From positions 26,226,001 through 26,290,000 of the forward strand of contig OZ024758.1 of assembly GCA_964016885.1 (NCBI GenBank): a stretch of DNA of 64,000 nucleotides. Direction: 5' to 3'. The notes under the pieces were generated by a model. That model was not told where the DNA came from. It did no database searches and worked only from the letters and a program-made list of their open reading frames with translations. The position numbers were made by a program, and so were the translations under genes. Numbering within the stretch: the stretch's first letter is position 1; each line of letters opens with the position of its first letter. Shown piece after piece: positions 1-14,300 of this stretch. This DNA comes from Eledone cirrhosa (lineage: Eukaryota).

Positions 1-39
1 CGGATTCTTCTTTTTACATCTCTCATAAATGTGAATTGA

Positions 40-302
40 TTTAGACACTGTAAAGTGGTCATACTGGTGACGCAACTAAAGGCACCCAGCCCATTCTGTT
101 AAGTGGGCGTGCTGGTGACACGACAAAAAGCACCCAGCACTCACTGTAAATTAGGAAGGGCATCCAGCTGTAGAAACCAAGCCCAAATGAGTTCTGTATG
201 TGCACGACATGGTCACTTGACCTAGCATTGCCCATAACAGTACAACCCATCTAACCCATGCTAGCGTGGAAAACTGACGTAAAATGGTGATGATGATGAT
301 GA
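40..302 (+). mobile_element. SINE-like repeat with RTE-type 3' tail ending (GAT)n
   Basis: Shared core ttaggaagggcatccagctgtagaaa and tail aacccatgctagc.tggaa...gatgatgat, also seen at 502-900, 7664-8270, 16213-16405, 21613-21881 and, without the tail, 27300-27640. Confidence 0.7.
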
Positions 303-501
303 ATTTTGTTATAGAAATATTTATCACTCCTACAAAACAGGTTCTAAGATACCAGATTACATATTACTAGCAGAGAAACACTGAAATGATGGTGATTATA
401 CTTTTAATAAAGTTTTGTGTATGGCTATCATCACTGGTTTCAAACAAGATAATAGGTCTTGGTATCTTATCTATTCAGATGTCTGCACTCCAGAGCTAGC
501 T

Positions 502-900
502 CATCATCATCATCATCATCGTTTAACGTCCATTTTCCATGCTAGCATGGGTCTGGACGGGAATTGTCCCACTTGAGGCAAGATTGGTTGTCTTGCTCAG
601 GACTGTCTGGCGGATGCCCTTCCTAACACCAACCACGTTTACAGTGTGGACTGGGAGGTTTTTACCGTGTTACCTACACGGCCACATTACAGCGTGGACT
701 GTGTGTTTTTTTGTTGTGACACCTATATGACCTCATTTATTTAGGACTGGATGTTGTGGTACCAACATAGCTTTACATCGAAAGGGGTGGTGTAGGATTA
801 GTGGGACGGGGGTGTATTTTGGTTAAGAGGTGCCTACTGACTGTAGGTTTCGCTTTGTACTTAGGCAAGGCGGGTCTTCTGTATTACTTCGTAGCGCCAA
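502..900 (-). mobile_element. SINE-like repeat with RTE-type tail (same family)
   Basis: (CAT)n then gtttaacgtccattttccatgctagcatggg; reverse-complement similar to 27300-27640. Confidence 0.75.
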
Positions 901-2173
901 AGAAACTCTTGAATCTTTGTTCTTGAGCAAGAAGCTTCATTTCATTTTGCTTTTCATGATAGAGGATAGGGACTCCTATAATTTAAACACAAATTTTTTT
1001 TTTCCAAAACATGCTAATGTGTCATCTTCCAATATATCAAAGTTGGTGGAAAATGGTCATAACCAGCCACATCTTTCATAGTTTTCACCTTCAGTGACAA
1101 CAGCACTATTTTAACTGTCTAGCATGGTAACTTCCTAGTTACCCACCTATGGATTCCATTTCTCTCCTATTTGGAAGTCTTTTTGTCAAACCTTTTCATT
1201 GCAACATGTGCTTAAGAGGCTTGTTAATCTATTGTCTCCCGTATTTTTCTTTCCTTGAATTATTTAGCACTCTCCACTTTTAGCCAATCCTGTACTAAAC
1301 ATTCTATTCAATCAGTCTCTAACTGTATTTTTCTTCCAGACTTGGAACAAAATTTCAAACTAAACATTAAACCTTGTTGATCTCTCCACAGTCTGGGAGG
1401 GCCTGCATAAATCAAGGGTTCCTACTTATTTTTTGGTTTTTAATTTTAGCAACTTTGAATCTGATTCATATACTTGAAATGAATTATATTAAACTCTTAG
1501 TTACTCAGAATAGATATATTGGTTGCACTACCTACATGAGTTTTGGCTTAATCCCTTCTTACTTTCTAAATACAGTTGTCCCCCATTATTCGCAGGGGTT
1601 ACGTTCCTAGAACATCTGCAAAGAGTGAAAAACCATAAGTCTAAAAACCCATCTTAAACTAGACATATAACTGAAAATAGTACTTAAGAAAATAAAAGCC
1701 TCCAGTATTAATTGTGATTGTCTTTATATGATATCCTTATATATTCCGAGTTCAAATCACATCAGCATCAATTATCTCTCATTCTAGGGTCAGTAAAATG
1801 AGTTAATGGGATTGATTTAATTGACTAAAGCTTCCTTCCAGAATATTTGACTGTGTACTTGTTAGATATGTTATAGAAAGCTTATACAGTTTTCTTTTTC
1901 GAAAAAATTACATTGACACAAAGCCAGAATTTTGAGAGTTTGGGTTGATAAAATACCAGTTAAGTACTGGTGTCGATTTTAATCAACTTTGGAAGGATAG
2001 AAAGCAAAGTTGAACTCAGAACATATAGGGCCTAACCAAACACTGCAAGGCATTTTGACCAACACTCTGATTTTGCCAACCCCTGCCCTTCTGTTCTAAA
2101 ATAATTAAGTGAAGTTATGCTTAAAAGTTGAGAAATTCAACAGACCACATTGTCAAAATCATTTTACTTTCAG

Positions 2174-2303
2174 TTGCCGACAAAGTAATGGTTACTTCCA
2201 AGAATAATGACGATGACCAATATATTTGGGAATCTGATTCAGACTCCTTCCAAGTATCAAAAGATCCACGTGGCAATACTCTTGCTCGAGGAACTATTAT
2301 TAG
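2174..2303 (+). CDS. HSP90B1: HSP90B1 exon (ATPase domain: [23 protein letters not shown]...[13 protein letters not shown])
   Basis: ttttactttcag acceptor and AG|gtatgt donor; matches the GRP94 N-domain. Confidence 0.95.
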
Positions 2304-5300
2304 GTATGTCCAGTATACTTGCATTTTAATTTGTAAAATTCCTATTTGTTCTCTTATTGGGTATATCATATTTTATGTTTTACATGTGACGTTGGTAGAA
2401 TTAATTTCTTATTAGCTTCCCACAAGTCGAACCCCTTTGCCATTGAATATCATTAAGAATCTTCCTATTTGTTCTATTAAATATCTTAGCTTTCTTCAGA
2501 AAAACTCCATCTTTCCGACTATAGAACTTTTATATATTTTCAATCATTTCCAAAATTAGGCCTCTTATTATGGTGTTGCTAACTTAACCCTTTAGCATTT
2601 AAACTGGCTGAATCCGACCACAATTCTCTCACCTCTTGCTCTTCAAACTGGCCGTAACTGGCCACTCATACTGATGGTGAGGTATTGTTTTCAAAATAAA
2701 TATCAAAATCTCATAGATTCAATATTATATGAAATAATTATTTAAGGTAAAGCTTTTACTGTGAAAATACAATAGTAAATGTAAATGCTAAAGGGTTGTT
2801 TTCAATATTTATCTTTGGGTCAATTCCAAATATTGGGAGCTGCACAATGTGTTCAATTTCCAAGAAGAGTGATTTCTCTGGTCCTGCTAATGTCAGCCAT
2901 ATTTGCTCTATTTTCAAATTCTTAAATGTGATAGAAACAGCTTTGAACTATTACATTTATCACTCTTTTTATTGACAATTAATGTTTCTTGAAGAGCTAC
3001 ATCTGAGCAATGAGGTAATTGAAATCAACAAAGCTTCTTTTATGAGCTATGAAGCTAAGTTGGATGCCTCTGAGCTATATTCATCTTTCATCTCTTGAAT
3101 TATTTCTTTTCAAAACATTTCATCTATAAGCCATCCTTTACCAATGCTAGTAGACTTCAGATTTTGGGTAGACATTTCATGCTTTTTTTGTAAATTAATG
3201 ACATATTTAGTGTAACTGTGTCTCACATTGTATACTAAACTTGCACTGTTTCAATAAACACCTTTGAAAACTTCCAGTGAGGACATTAAAAAACCTAGTC
3301 CCCTTCAATAGCCCCTATATTCATGCACTACAGCCTCCATACAACTAAAATCTAGATCATTACAAATGCTAAGCTTCACACTGTCTAAATCCTGTGTAGA
3401 TTATATATATATATGCATGCGTGCTCCTGTAACTCCAGAGGGAGTCCTAGGGTCACTGTATTTACATAGGTTTCTAGGGCCTTTTTTAAACCTGGGGAGC
3501 ACATCTCTACAAGTCTGAATATAGCAGATTTCTTCCAGAGAAGGATAGAGAGTGAGAAAAAGATAGAGGAAAAATCGACCTCAGTATTTGACTGGTACTT
3601 TTTATTGACCTCGAATGGATGAAAGGCAAAGTTATTCTCAACAGGATTTAAACTCAGAGGGCCGAATCGTATACTGCAAAGCATTCTATCTGACATTCTA
3701 ACGACTCTGCCTCTGTACATATACACCATTGCCTAAACTACATCCCAAAGACTAAATTCCCTCTTCAGAACCAGAAAAGGTTTTGATCTGTTGCTGTCCT
3801 CTACAAAGTACAACCCATGTAGAACTACTGCTCCCATGAGATAGCACTGCCGCTACACTCTGAAACATTAAGAATTGGCCACTTTTTCAGTTGCGCTGTT
3901 TCTTCTCCATCTCTTCTAATATGCAGAAAATATCAATTTTTCTTCTATTTCGGAAATTACAAAAGAGGGTGGAACACTTACAATGAGCAAATTAAACAGA
4001 ATATATATTTTTGAATCTATTATTTTAGCTACTGAATCAGGAAATTCTAATGTGGAATTTTTTCAACAAATTTAATTTTTTAGCTTGCATCTAAAGGAGG
4101 AAGCTCATGATTATCTTGAAGAAAATACATTGAAAGACCTAATTAAGAAATACAGCCAATTTATAAATTTCAACATTTACCTTTGGACCAGCAAAGTAAG
4201 ATTTCTTGTCTTAGTTCAAGTTTAAATTCTTAATTTTTAACCATTTAGATGCATGAAATATTTTACTCTACTGGAATGTGTCAAGCACTACTAATGTAAC
4301 AATATATGCCATTTAGACAGAGAAAGTTGAAGAACCAGTTGAAGACGATGAAGAGAAACCAGCTGAAGAAAAGGATGAGGATGAAGATGAAGGCAAAGTT
4401 GAGGAAGAGAAAGAGGAAAAACCAAAATCCAAAACAGTTGAAAAAACAACTTGGGACTGGGAATTACTGAATAGTGTAAAACCTATCTGGACAAGAAAGT
4501 AAGGATATTGTCTTTATTGATACCCCATTTTTAATGTTAGAAAAATTAAAATAGTTTCTACAAATATTGTGCTTCTATATTTCAGAGCAAATGAAATTAC
4601 TGATGATGAATATAATGCCTTTTACAAGTCTATTAGCTCTGATTTCACTCCACCTATGGCTAAAATTCATTTCACTGCAGAAGGCGAAGTCACATTTAAA
4701 TCTATCTTATATGTGCCCAAAGTGTCTCCCAGTGATACTTTCAACAATTATGGAAAGAAAGCTGATCGTATTAAGGTCAGTCTTAGCTCTGTTTCTAGTT
4801 TTTCGAATGGCTGTGTTAAAATATTCATATACCTGATAAATCTTTTCCAACATTTTTTCTAATAGATGTATGTGGATATTTAAATGTGCAATTTTTTTTC
4901 TTTCAATAGATGTAGGTGCATATTTAAATGTGCAATTTTTTTTCTTTCAATAGATGTATGTGCATATTTAAATGTAGTTTTTTTTTTTTTTAATAGATGT
5001 GCATATTTAAATATATAGTTTGTTTTTTTTCTTTCAATAGATGTATGTGCATATTTAAATAGTTTTTTTTTCTTTCTTTCAATAGATGTATGTGCGCAGA
5101 GTCTTTATTACTGATGATTTTGAAGATATGATGCCAAAATACTTGAACTTTGTTTCAGGAGTGGTAAGTGTAATTCATGTTCTTATTTTCATTCTTAAGA
5201 CCAAATTTATTTTTCTAACAATTATTCCCATGCATGCATGGAAAAACAGACATAAAAACAATAACAATACCTATAAAATGTATTTTGGATTTGTTTATTA

Positions 5301-8300
5301 CAGGTCGATTCAGATGATCTTCCATTAAATGTATCTCGGGAAACTTTGCAACAGCATAAGCTTCTTAAAGTCATTAAAAAAAAACTTGTTCGTAAAACAT
5401 TGGACATGATTAAGAAAATTGACAAAGAAGAGTTTGCAAGCTTCTGGAAAGAATATAGCACAAAGTAAGCAATACATTTTCAGATTTTCTCAGTTATTTG
5501 TTTGAGTGCCTTACAGTGAAGTTTCTTGTTTAGCAAATATATTTGAAATACTTCAAAATTATTTTTACCTGTACTAAATGTATTTTGAATAGTAATATCG
5601 TTTAACATTCATTTGTCAATGTTTGGATAGGTTTCTTTGTTGTAGTTTACATCCTCTTGCAGTGTAAACAAGTCCCAGGATTGGCACTATCGATAGAGGA
5701 TCAGACACCATGCTTTGACGCATAGTTACTGCCCTTGCCATTCTGAGTTCAAATTCCGCCAAGGTTAACTTTACCTTTCATCCTTACGGGGTTGATAAAA
5801 TAAAGTACCAGTAATGTACTGGGTAATTGCTGGCCTTGTACCAAAAGTGGAAACAATTATTAGCACTGGAATTGGCAGTATCGGTTGAGGGTCAGACACC
5901 ATGCTTTGCAGCAAAGAGTTATAGCCCTTTATGGTCTGAGTTCAAATCCCGCCGAGGTTAACTTTGCCTTTCATCCTTACGGGGTCGATAAAATAAAGCA
6001 CCAGTAATACACTGGGATAATTGCTGGCCTTGTGCCAAAAGTAGAAACAATTATTAGCACTCAGCTGATTATTCCCTTTAAGAGGACTAAAGAGTCCTTT
6101 ATACCTTTTATCAGTTCTTCAGTTATTACCTCCTAGATAGAAAGTGTGTGGTCTGGCTTATGGACTCCACATCTCATACTGCCATTTTTTGGCATAGTTT
6201 CTGTGTAAGGGGTGCATTTCATATTGCTGCCATCACTAGTTGTCTGAAGCAAGACTGGATGATCTACCATCAACAACTTTAGTGTAAGGGGTGCATTTCA
6301 TATTGCTGCCATCACTAGTTGTCTGAAGCAAGACTAAAAAATATCCCCTCCACCCTGTAGCAGTTCTTTTAATTATTTGTAGCTTAGGTGTCTGTCTGGG
6401 GCATAGTTTTATTTGGATACTCTTAATATGGTTACATATTAACCCTTTAGTATACAAACCGACAGTATACAACCAGAATTATCTCGCCTCTTTCTGTTCA
6501 AACCGGCCATATCCAGCTGCTTATACCAATGTTGAGGTATTCGCAAAATAAATAATAATCTTGTAGATTTAATATTATGTGGGATAATGCCTTTACCGCA
6601 AAAATACAATAGAGTAATGTGAATACTAAAGGTTAAGTTATGGGGGTTACATGTGCAGCGTTTGGATCTGTACAGCAAGAGATATGGTTCTTTGCTATGT
6701 AGGTAATAGAGAAAAGGATGTTACAGAGGTCCTATGGCAACTGAGACTGAAGTCATTTTCATGTCATAGAAAAATGGTTGGAAAGAGGGAAGTTGACATT
6801 ACAACCTTTCACCTTAGACTAATGGCAGCTGAGTTGGATATGCCAACTGGTTGTCTCTGGATTAGGATAGTGCTTTGTTCCTACCCAAGAATTCTGTTAA
6901 CAATATTGTTACCAACCTGGCCAAAACCAGCTTTGGTCCTATGAAATAAAAACCACCATTTTTAAAGGTTTCCAATTTAAATTAAAATCTTCCAACTTAA
7001 TTTTATATAAGAACCTTACATTTACTATATTAGTAATGAAATAATTAGTAATTTTAGTAAATCACTCAAAATTCTTCATTAATTAATTGAAATAGTACAT
7101 TTCATTAGAAATACGGTCATGAAAGTGTTAAGATAGCTGTGGAGATAATCAATAGTAACCAAATGGAATGTTAAAATATAGTTATGCTTGTTATATAAAT
7201 ATTTCAGAAGCAATTTGTAAAATTTTTTTTTTATATATGTATAGATATCTCTTTTCAAGTACCTATATTGAGAATAACAACCTAAATTTATCATAAAAAT
7301 TTGTAAAATGTTTCAGCTGTCCTCAAGTTCACAGTAAACTTTTGATAGTTATTTTAAATATTGGAATGGGATTACTTAAAATAGTTTCTAATAAATATTT
7401 GTTTATTAAAATATACTTCACAACATTTTATAATATAAAATTTTTGCTATAAACTTTTTAGCATCAAGCTTGGTGTGATTGAAGATCCATCTAACAGGAC
7501 TAGACTTGCTAAACTTTTAAGATTTAACTCATCCAATTCTGATACTGAACAAACAAGTTTAGCAGAATATGTGGAAAGAATGAAAGAAAAACAAGCAGCA
7601 ATTTATTTTGTGGCTGGAGCATCTCAGAATGAGGTTAGAAAAACATTTTTTTTATTTATATGTATCATCATCATCATCAGGTTTAGCGTCCGTGTTCCAC
7701 GCTTGCATGGGTTTGGACGGGGGTTTTCCCACTTGAGGCAAGAGTGGTTGTCTTGCTCGCATAGGACTGTCTGGCGGGTTTTCTACAGTTGGATGCCCTT
7801 CCTAACACCAACCACATTTACAGTGTGGGGCTGGGAGGTTTTTACCGTGTTGCCTACACGGCCACATTACAGCGTGGACTGTCTGGCGGGTTTTCTACAG
7901 CTGGATGCCCTTCCTAACACCAACCACATTTACAGTGTGGGGCTGGGAGGTTTTTACCGTGTTGCCTACACGGCCACATTACAGCGTGGACTGTCTGGCG
8001 GGTTTTCTACAGCTGGATGCCCTTCCTAACACCAACCACATTTACAGTGTGGGGCTGGGAGGTTTTTACCGTGTTGCCTACACGGCCACATTTACAGCGT
8101 GGACTGTGTGTTTTTTGTCGTGACACCTACACGATCTCATTTGTTTCGGCCTGGATGTTGTGGGACCAACATAACTGTACATTGAAAGGGGTGGTGTGGA
8201 TGGGGTGGAGGTGGTGGGACGGGGGAGTGTTTTGATAGAGATGCCTACTGACTGTAGTAGGTTTTTACTTTGTATACATGTAGATTTTCTTTACAAGTGG

Positions 8301-11300
8301 CAGAAGATAAGTCTTAAAAGGTTTTTTTCACAAAATCTTTTTAAATATGAAATACATTTAGAACTGATACAAGTGTTCTCGTAATGAAACAAATGAGCAG
8401 CTTTTAACTCCATTTCACATATGCAGGGTGAGAGTTAATACACTTGATGTACTATACTTGTATCTGATGTAGAATCAAGTTAACCATTACCATGCATTGT
8501 TGCTTAGTCTTAAGTCGGTTCAAATTGAGTTCACTTATGATCAATAGATTCTATTGCTATTTCTAATTGATTGATTGATTTTGTAGGGATTTTTTCAATT
8601 TGACCATGCACTGTTTGTATAGTGTATATAATATTGCATTTGCTATTTCAATATCAGATGTTGTGGAAGAAAGCTAAATGTTAGTTTTTTTGTAGAAAAT
8701 TTGCAGCATAGTTTGAAATTGGGCTTACATCATTGAAGTATGCAGGCATGTTATCAATATATTTTCATCAGTTAGATTAACATAATTTACAAATATATGC
8801 CTGCCAAAAATTATAAGAATTGCCATATAGTGTATAAATTCTATATGTATAAAACTGATTTTATTCTATTTTTCTTCAAATAGCTAATCTTGTGTGCTTT
8901 CATTTAACCTAGTGTTTTAATTACAAAATTCTTTCACAAAACTAAAACGTTACATATATTGAATTTATTATATGCTATATGGAAACTTGAGTGATTTATG
9001 CCAAAGGGTGAATATAGAGCCAACCTTCTGGTAATCGGACCAGTGATCTTTTTGAGCAAATTTTTTATCAAAGTATTTCCATGCAGGACTACATTATTTG
9101 GTGTTGCCTTTTTTTTTTTCATAAATACAGTAGTTTATGGTTTAAGGAAGATTTGCAAACTTTATTATCTGTACTTGGGTAGAATTCTACGAAGAGATTT
9201 GCACAAAATTGGTTTCTTTGGAGCATTTACCTTTGTATTAGAGATCAATATTTCAACTATATCACAGGTGGTACAATTCTAAGATGGAAATAAAATCACA
9301 ATACTCTTTAAAAGATCTTTTACAGCTAACTAAATATCAAAATATACCAAAGAAACTGATTAGAAAATTGTAAATTTTAATATACTTGCTTCTAGAGATT
9401 TTTTTTTCTATTTTATTTGACATTAAATTTGCTATATTGACACACATGCTAAAGCACATTTATTCTCTTGCTATCTACTTCAATAGAAACATGCTTAGTA
9501 GAGCTAGTATATATTAAACTTAACCTTTATTGGAAGATCGATTTCAATAAACAAATCAAATAGTTATGTAGATTAAATTAAAACATTTTCATTATATGCT
9601 CTTTGATTTAAAAAGATTTTTTTGGTGTGTATGTGTGTGTATTTAGAAGCATGTTAACATAGCATATAAAATGACTTAAAACTAAAACATGATCGAGATG
9701 TGTGTGTGTGTATATATATTAGATTTGGTCATAGTTTTCTTATAAATATTAAGACTAAAAGAAACAAATACTTTGATGTGAAAGTTTGAACAAACTATTT
9801 AATCTTTGTTTCAGGTGAAAAATTCACCTTTTGTAGAGCGTCTGCTCAAGAAAGGTTATGAAGTACTCTATTTAGTAGAACCTGTTGATGAATACTGCAT
9901 TCAAGCTTTACCAGAATTTGAAGGCAAAAAGTTCCAAAATGTTGCCAAAGAAGGTCTAACTCTTTCTGATTCTGAAAGTGCTAAGGAAAAGAAAGAAAGT
10001 TTGGAAAAAGAATATGAACCCCTACTGAAATGGTTGAAAGAAGATGCATTGACCAATCGGGTAAATATATTTTCCTAAGTTTGAAATTTTCAACTCAGTA
10101 AGTAGTGGTGGTGTATAGAAGTGTGTAAATATTGATATAATTTACAGAAAATCTTAAAATTATTTGAAAGTATAATAAACATGTAACCCGTGTAAGAGAT
10201 TTCTTTTTAAGATATTTTGACTGAAATTTTTTTCTTTTATCAGATCGAAAAAGCTACAGTTTCTGAAAGATTGTCTTCCTCCCCGTGTGCCTTGATTGCT
10301 AGTCAATATGGTTGGTCTGGCAACATGGAACGAATTATGAGAGCCCAAGCCTATGCCAAAGCTAAAGATTCATCACAGGAGTAAGTTTCCAAGAGTTGTT
10401 TAAATTATTTTCTCTTAAATTACTTCATATTTTTTGTTCATTGAAACTAATATTTAAAGTAGTTCATGATCAATTATTTCCTGCAAGTGTATATAGTGTT
10501 GTAATTAAAAATGTTAATGTCTGTATTGAATTAATAGCTAATATTTTATATTAATCTTGTAATGCCTAATTATAAAAACAAGACTTCAAGGCATGTATAT
10601 AACCATTTTACCAGCAAAGTCAGCCGATACATATATTACTATGAAATTATACTATACTTAATTTATTTACAAGCAAAAATAAAATGAGATCATGTAGAAA
10701 TAGGGCGAGTTAAACTGATATTAATAGTCACTAGTCAATTTAATTGTTTTGTAATGAGAGGTATTGGAAAATGGGAGCTGTGATGTCTTTTTTCCCTAGG
10801 ATATTAGTGTTTTGAAACATCCAAACTTGAGTTCTGTGCTTAACGAGAACACACCCTGCCTACCACATTGTAGTTTAAGATAATCATGTCTAGCAATGAT
10901 ATAATTTTTTATATATTTGGATATATCTAATTTCAATTTATTTTTTATTCAGCTACTTTGCTAACCAGAAAAGAACACTTGAAATAAATCCCAGACACAA
11001 GCTTATCAGAAGTTTGAAAGAAAAAGTAGAGGTAAGTTTATTTCCAGGATGTATATAAAGTTAAGTGATGGTGTGTACAAAATAATTAATTGGAATTTGT
11101 GTATACTGCCACTTTTTTTTCTCCCTTTCTATTTTTTTAAAACCTAAATAAAAATTGCTGGAAAATCTTAGTTTTTTTTTTTTATTCTTGGTAAACTCTG
11201 CCAACTTTTGGTTAATAGAGAAGCCAAGCTGCTCATCAATTTATACTAGCTGATTACACAATGACCTTTGACCCACTGACTTCCCAGACACTTTGTCTGA

Positions 11301-14300
11301 ACACAACCTCATCACATCAGTTTGTATCAAAATACAATAGACTGTTAGACATCTAGAAATGTTGTACCAACTACATTCATGTGCTCACACAATTAACTAT
11401 TGCTGTGTTTCTTCAAATCCTGTAATTCATCTACAAATTACCAGCCTACAACTACATGGAATTTTATTACAAATTTAAGATGACATGCCTTTAAAATATC
11501 TGAGAGAGCAAAAATATGCTGTTGTACAATGTTGTTTGCAAATTCTTATATCTTTTCTACTGCAGCCATTCATTCCAGTCTCTTGCCAAACAGATTTTTT
11601 TGACTAACCTTAATTAACTCTATTAGTTCAGTAATCAGTTTATTGACAAAGTTGCTATATTTACTATTTTAGTTTGTGTTCAGAAATGCACAGTCTTGAC
11701 AATATCTCCATAAAATGATAGTCCAATTCTTTAGAAAGACCTTAATCACTTCAACAGCAACCTTCTTTCTTAAACTTACAAAATATATCACCTTGACCTA
11801 AGCACATTCTCTCCCTATTAGCCTCAGTTTTAACTCTCCAAAACCCTGATATTTTCTCTATCCTACTCTTGAATGTTTTCTTCTAAGCTATAACATTTCT
11901 TAGTTATCCCTACTTCTAAATATTCTGTGCCGACTAAATAAGCTTTTACAATCTATGACTATAACTTGTTTGTATTTTTAGAACAATAAAGATGATTCAA
12001 GTGCCAAAGATTTAGCTATTATACTGTTTGACACAGCTACTGTGAGATCTGGCTATTTAGTTGCTGATACTGCTGGTTTTGCTGGTAGAGTAGAGAGAAT
12101 GCTTCGATCAAGCCTGAATATTGAAGGTGGTGATATGGTAAGCTGATTTTAATGATATATTTCTTCATTTGTTCGCTAATACACTTAAATTTGTTTTCAA
12201 ACACTAGCGTAAAAGAAAGATTCTGTTTAACCCTTTCATTACCATTGTCTATGATTTTTAATTATTTTGAAAAGAATTGATAATTTGAAGGAATTTAGTA
12301 ATATAACTTTTATTAATCTGGTGTCTGGAACACAAAGGTTCTTGCATAAAATTGATAGATTTTTAGATAAATATTAACACTTTAAAACAGTTTTGTACCA
12401 GAACTAGGCATGGTTTCATGCAGTTTGCAATCAAAATGGTTAATTATATAACACATGGAACTATTTATATTTAGACTCAGTCTAATTTAATGACAGAAAT
12501 TAATCCCAGGATTTTTAAGTGATGTGAATTATTTTTTCTCTTCTTTAAGGTTGAAGAAGAGCCTGAAGAACCTGAAGAACAAGTAGACCAAGAAGAAAAA
12601 GCTGATGCCGTTGATGAGACAGAAGATGAAAAGGAAGAAAAAGTAAGTGAATAGGAAATTTGTGAGTGTATCTGTGAATATACTTTTCATAACCAAACTA
12701 AATAAATACTAGTTTACAAAAGTAGTAAATTTGTAATTATGATGCAATGAGAAGATAGAAATATTTCAGAAAAATCAGTGTTTGTGGTGGGAAAAAAATA
12801 ACCAAATTATATTACACTGATGGTAATCAGTTATGCTAATTAAACATAGGTATTTTATGTTTATATAATAAATTTACATAGGTAGGTTGATTTTCGTGTT
12901 TGGACAGGTCAGTTATTTTCAAATGATATCACAATAATATATTATCTTGAATTTTGAAAAATAGCAATATTGAATTGTCTTTACATTTGGATGTAAGTGG
13001 AATGTTCTAGATCACTGAAATTAATTCTAAGTTTTGAAATTTGATCTCCATTTTACAGAATATTGGTATAGATTTTTTAATAATTACAAAAGTACTTTCA
13101 CTAGATTAAGGACAAAACTGGCAAATTTTGTTTTATTAAAAAAAATAACCATGTTATCACAAGTTTCTTTACTATTTGTTTGCTTTACAATACCATAGCA
13201 TGTTGAACTCTACAAATTATTTGCATGATGTAATTTGCATGAATTTTGTGACAATAGTGTCAATTTTTAACCTTCCAGTTATTGTGTTGCTGCTTTTGCC
13301 TTTGTGTGTGTACCCTTCACTTTGCAAAATTGAAGGGCAGAATTCTTGTTCTTCTTGACAATTACTTATCTATCGCATTGAAGCGTTAATACCACTTGAG
13401 AAATGTTGTTCTCTCTCTTATATAACCCTTTCGTTACCAACCTACTCAATACTGGCCACACCTAGTCATATTTAAACCAAAATATCAACTATATTTTACT
13501 GGATTAGAAATAGCACCTGAATTACCTATATGCCAACAACATAAATTTTGTATTAAGATGTTTTTTTTATATATATATATATATATAATGTTCTACCATT
13601 TTATTAAAATTACGTAAAAATAAATAAGCTTTAAACTTAGTAATAGTGGCTCTGAATGCAATAAATAATGCATCAAGCATAGTATACATGGTAGACATTG
13701 AATTGGGTGTTTTAATTTCTAAGTATGTAAACAATGTTGGGCTGTAATATTGAAAGCAATTTCCAGAAACAATGGAGAGAGGAATAATCTTTAAATATTG
13801 TCAGAAGCAACCAGACCCAATAAGTTATCCTCATAACTCAAAGCCCATTGACTATTTACTTTTATTCCAATTCAAGTATTCTATATAATGTCAGACTAAT
13901 TGCTGTGTATAAGGATGAAATTAGGACATTTTGCCATAAATATAATAATGGGCATTTAGTAGGTTATATAATGCATTGGCAAATAACTTAAAAACTTCAA
14001 CTTTTGTTGAAATATATATCAGATTTTCCCTATATTAAGCTGTAATTAGTTTTGAGACAAATTCCATAATAGATTTATGGAAGAATCTTTTAGTTTGTCA
14101 AAGCGCTGCTTAAATATAAGTTTTATTCAATATATTTGATTGATATAAAAGCCAATCTAAATTCGGATATTTTAGAATATAATTAAGGTTGGATTTTAAT
14201 TAGGAATATAGTAACGAAAGGGTTCATTGCAAATAGGATCTAGATGAATTGAAATTATAGAAATAGTCTAAGTAGTCTATAGATGACATGACTAATAGCT

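Noticed and set aside
13279-13389. Possible alternative terminal exon ttccag|[15 protein letters not shown]...KR*
   Set aside because: Only a short AG-preceded open stretch with no independent support; its composition is explained by the TG-rich arm of the proposed duplex.
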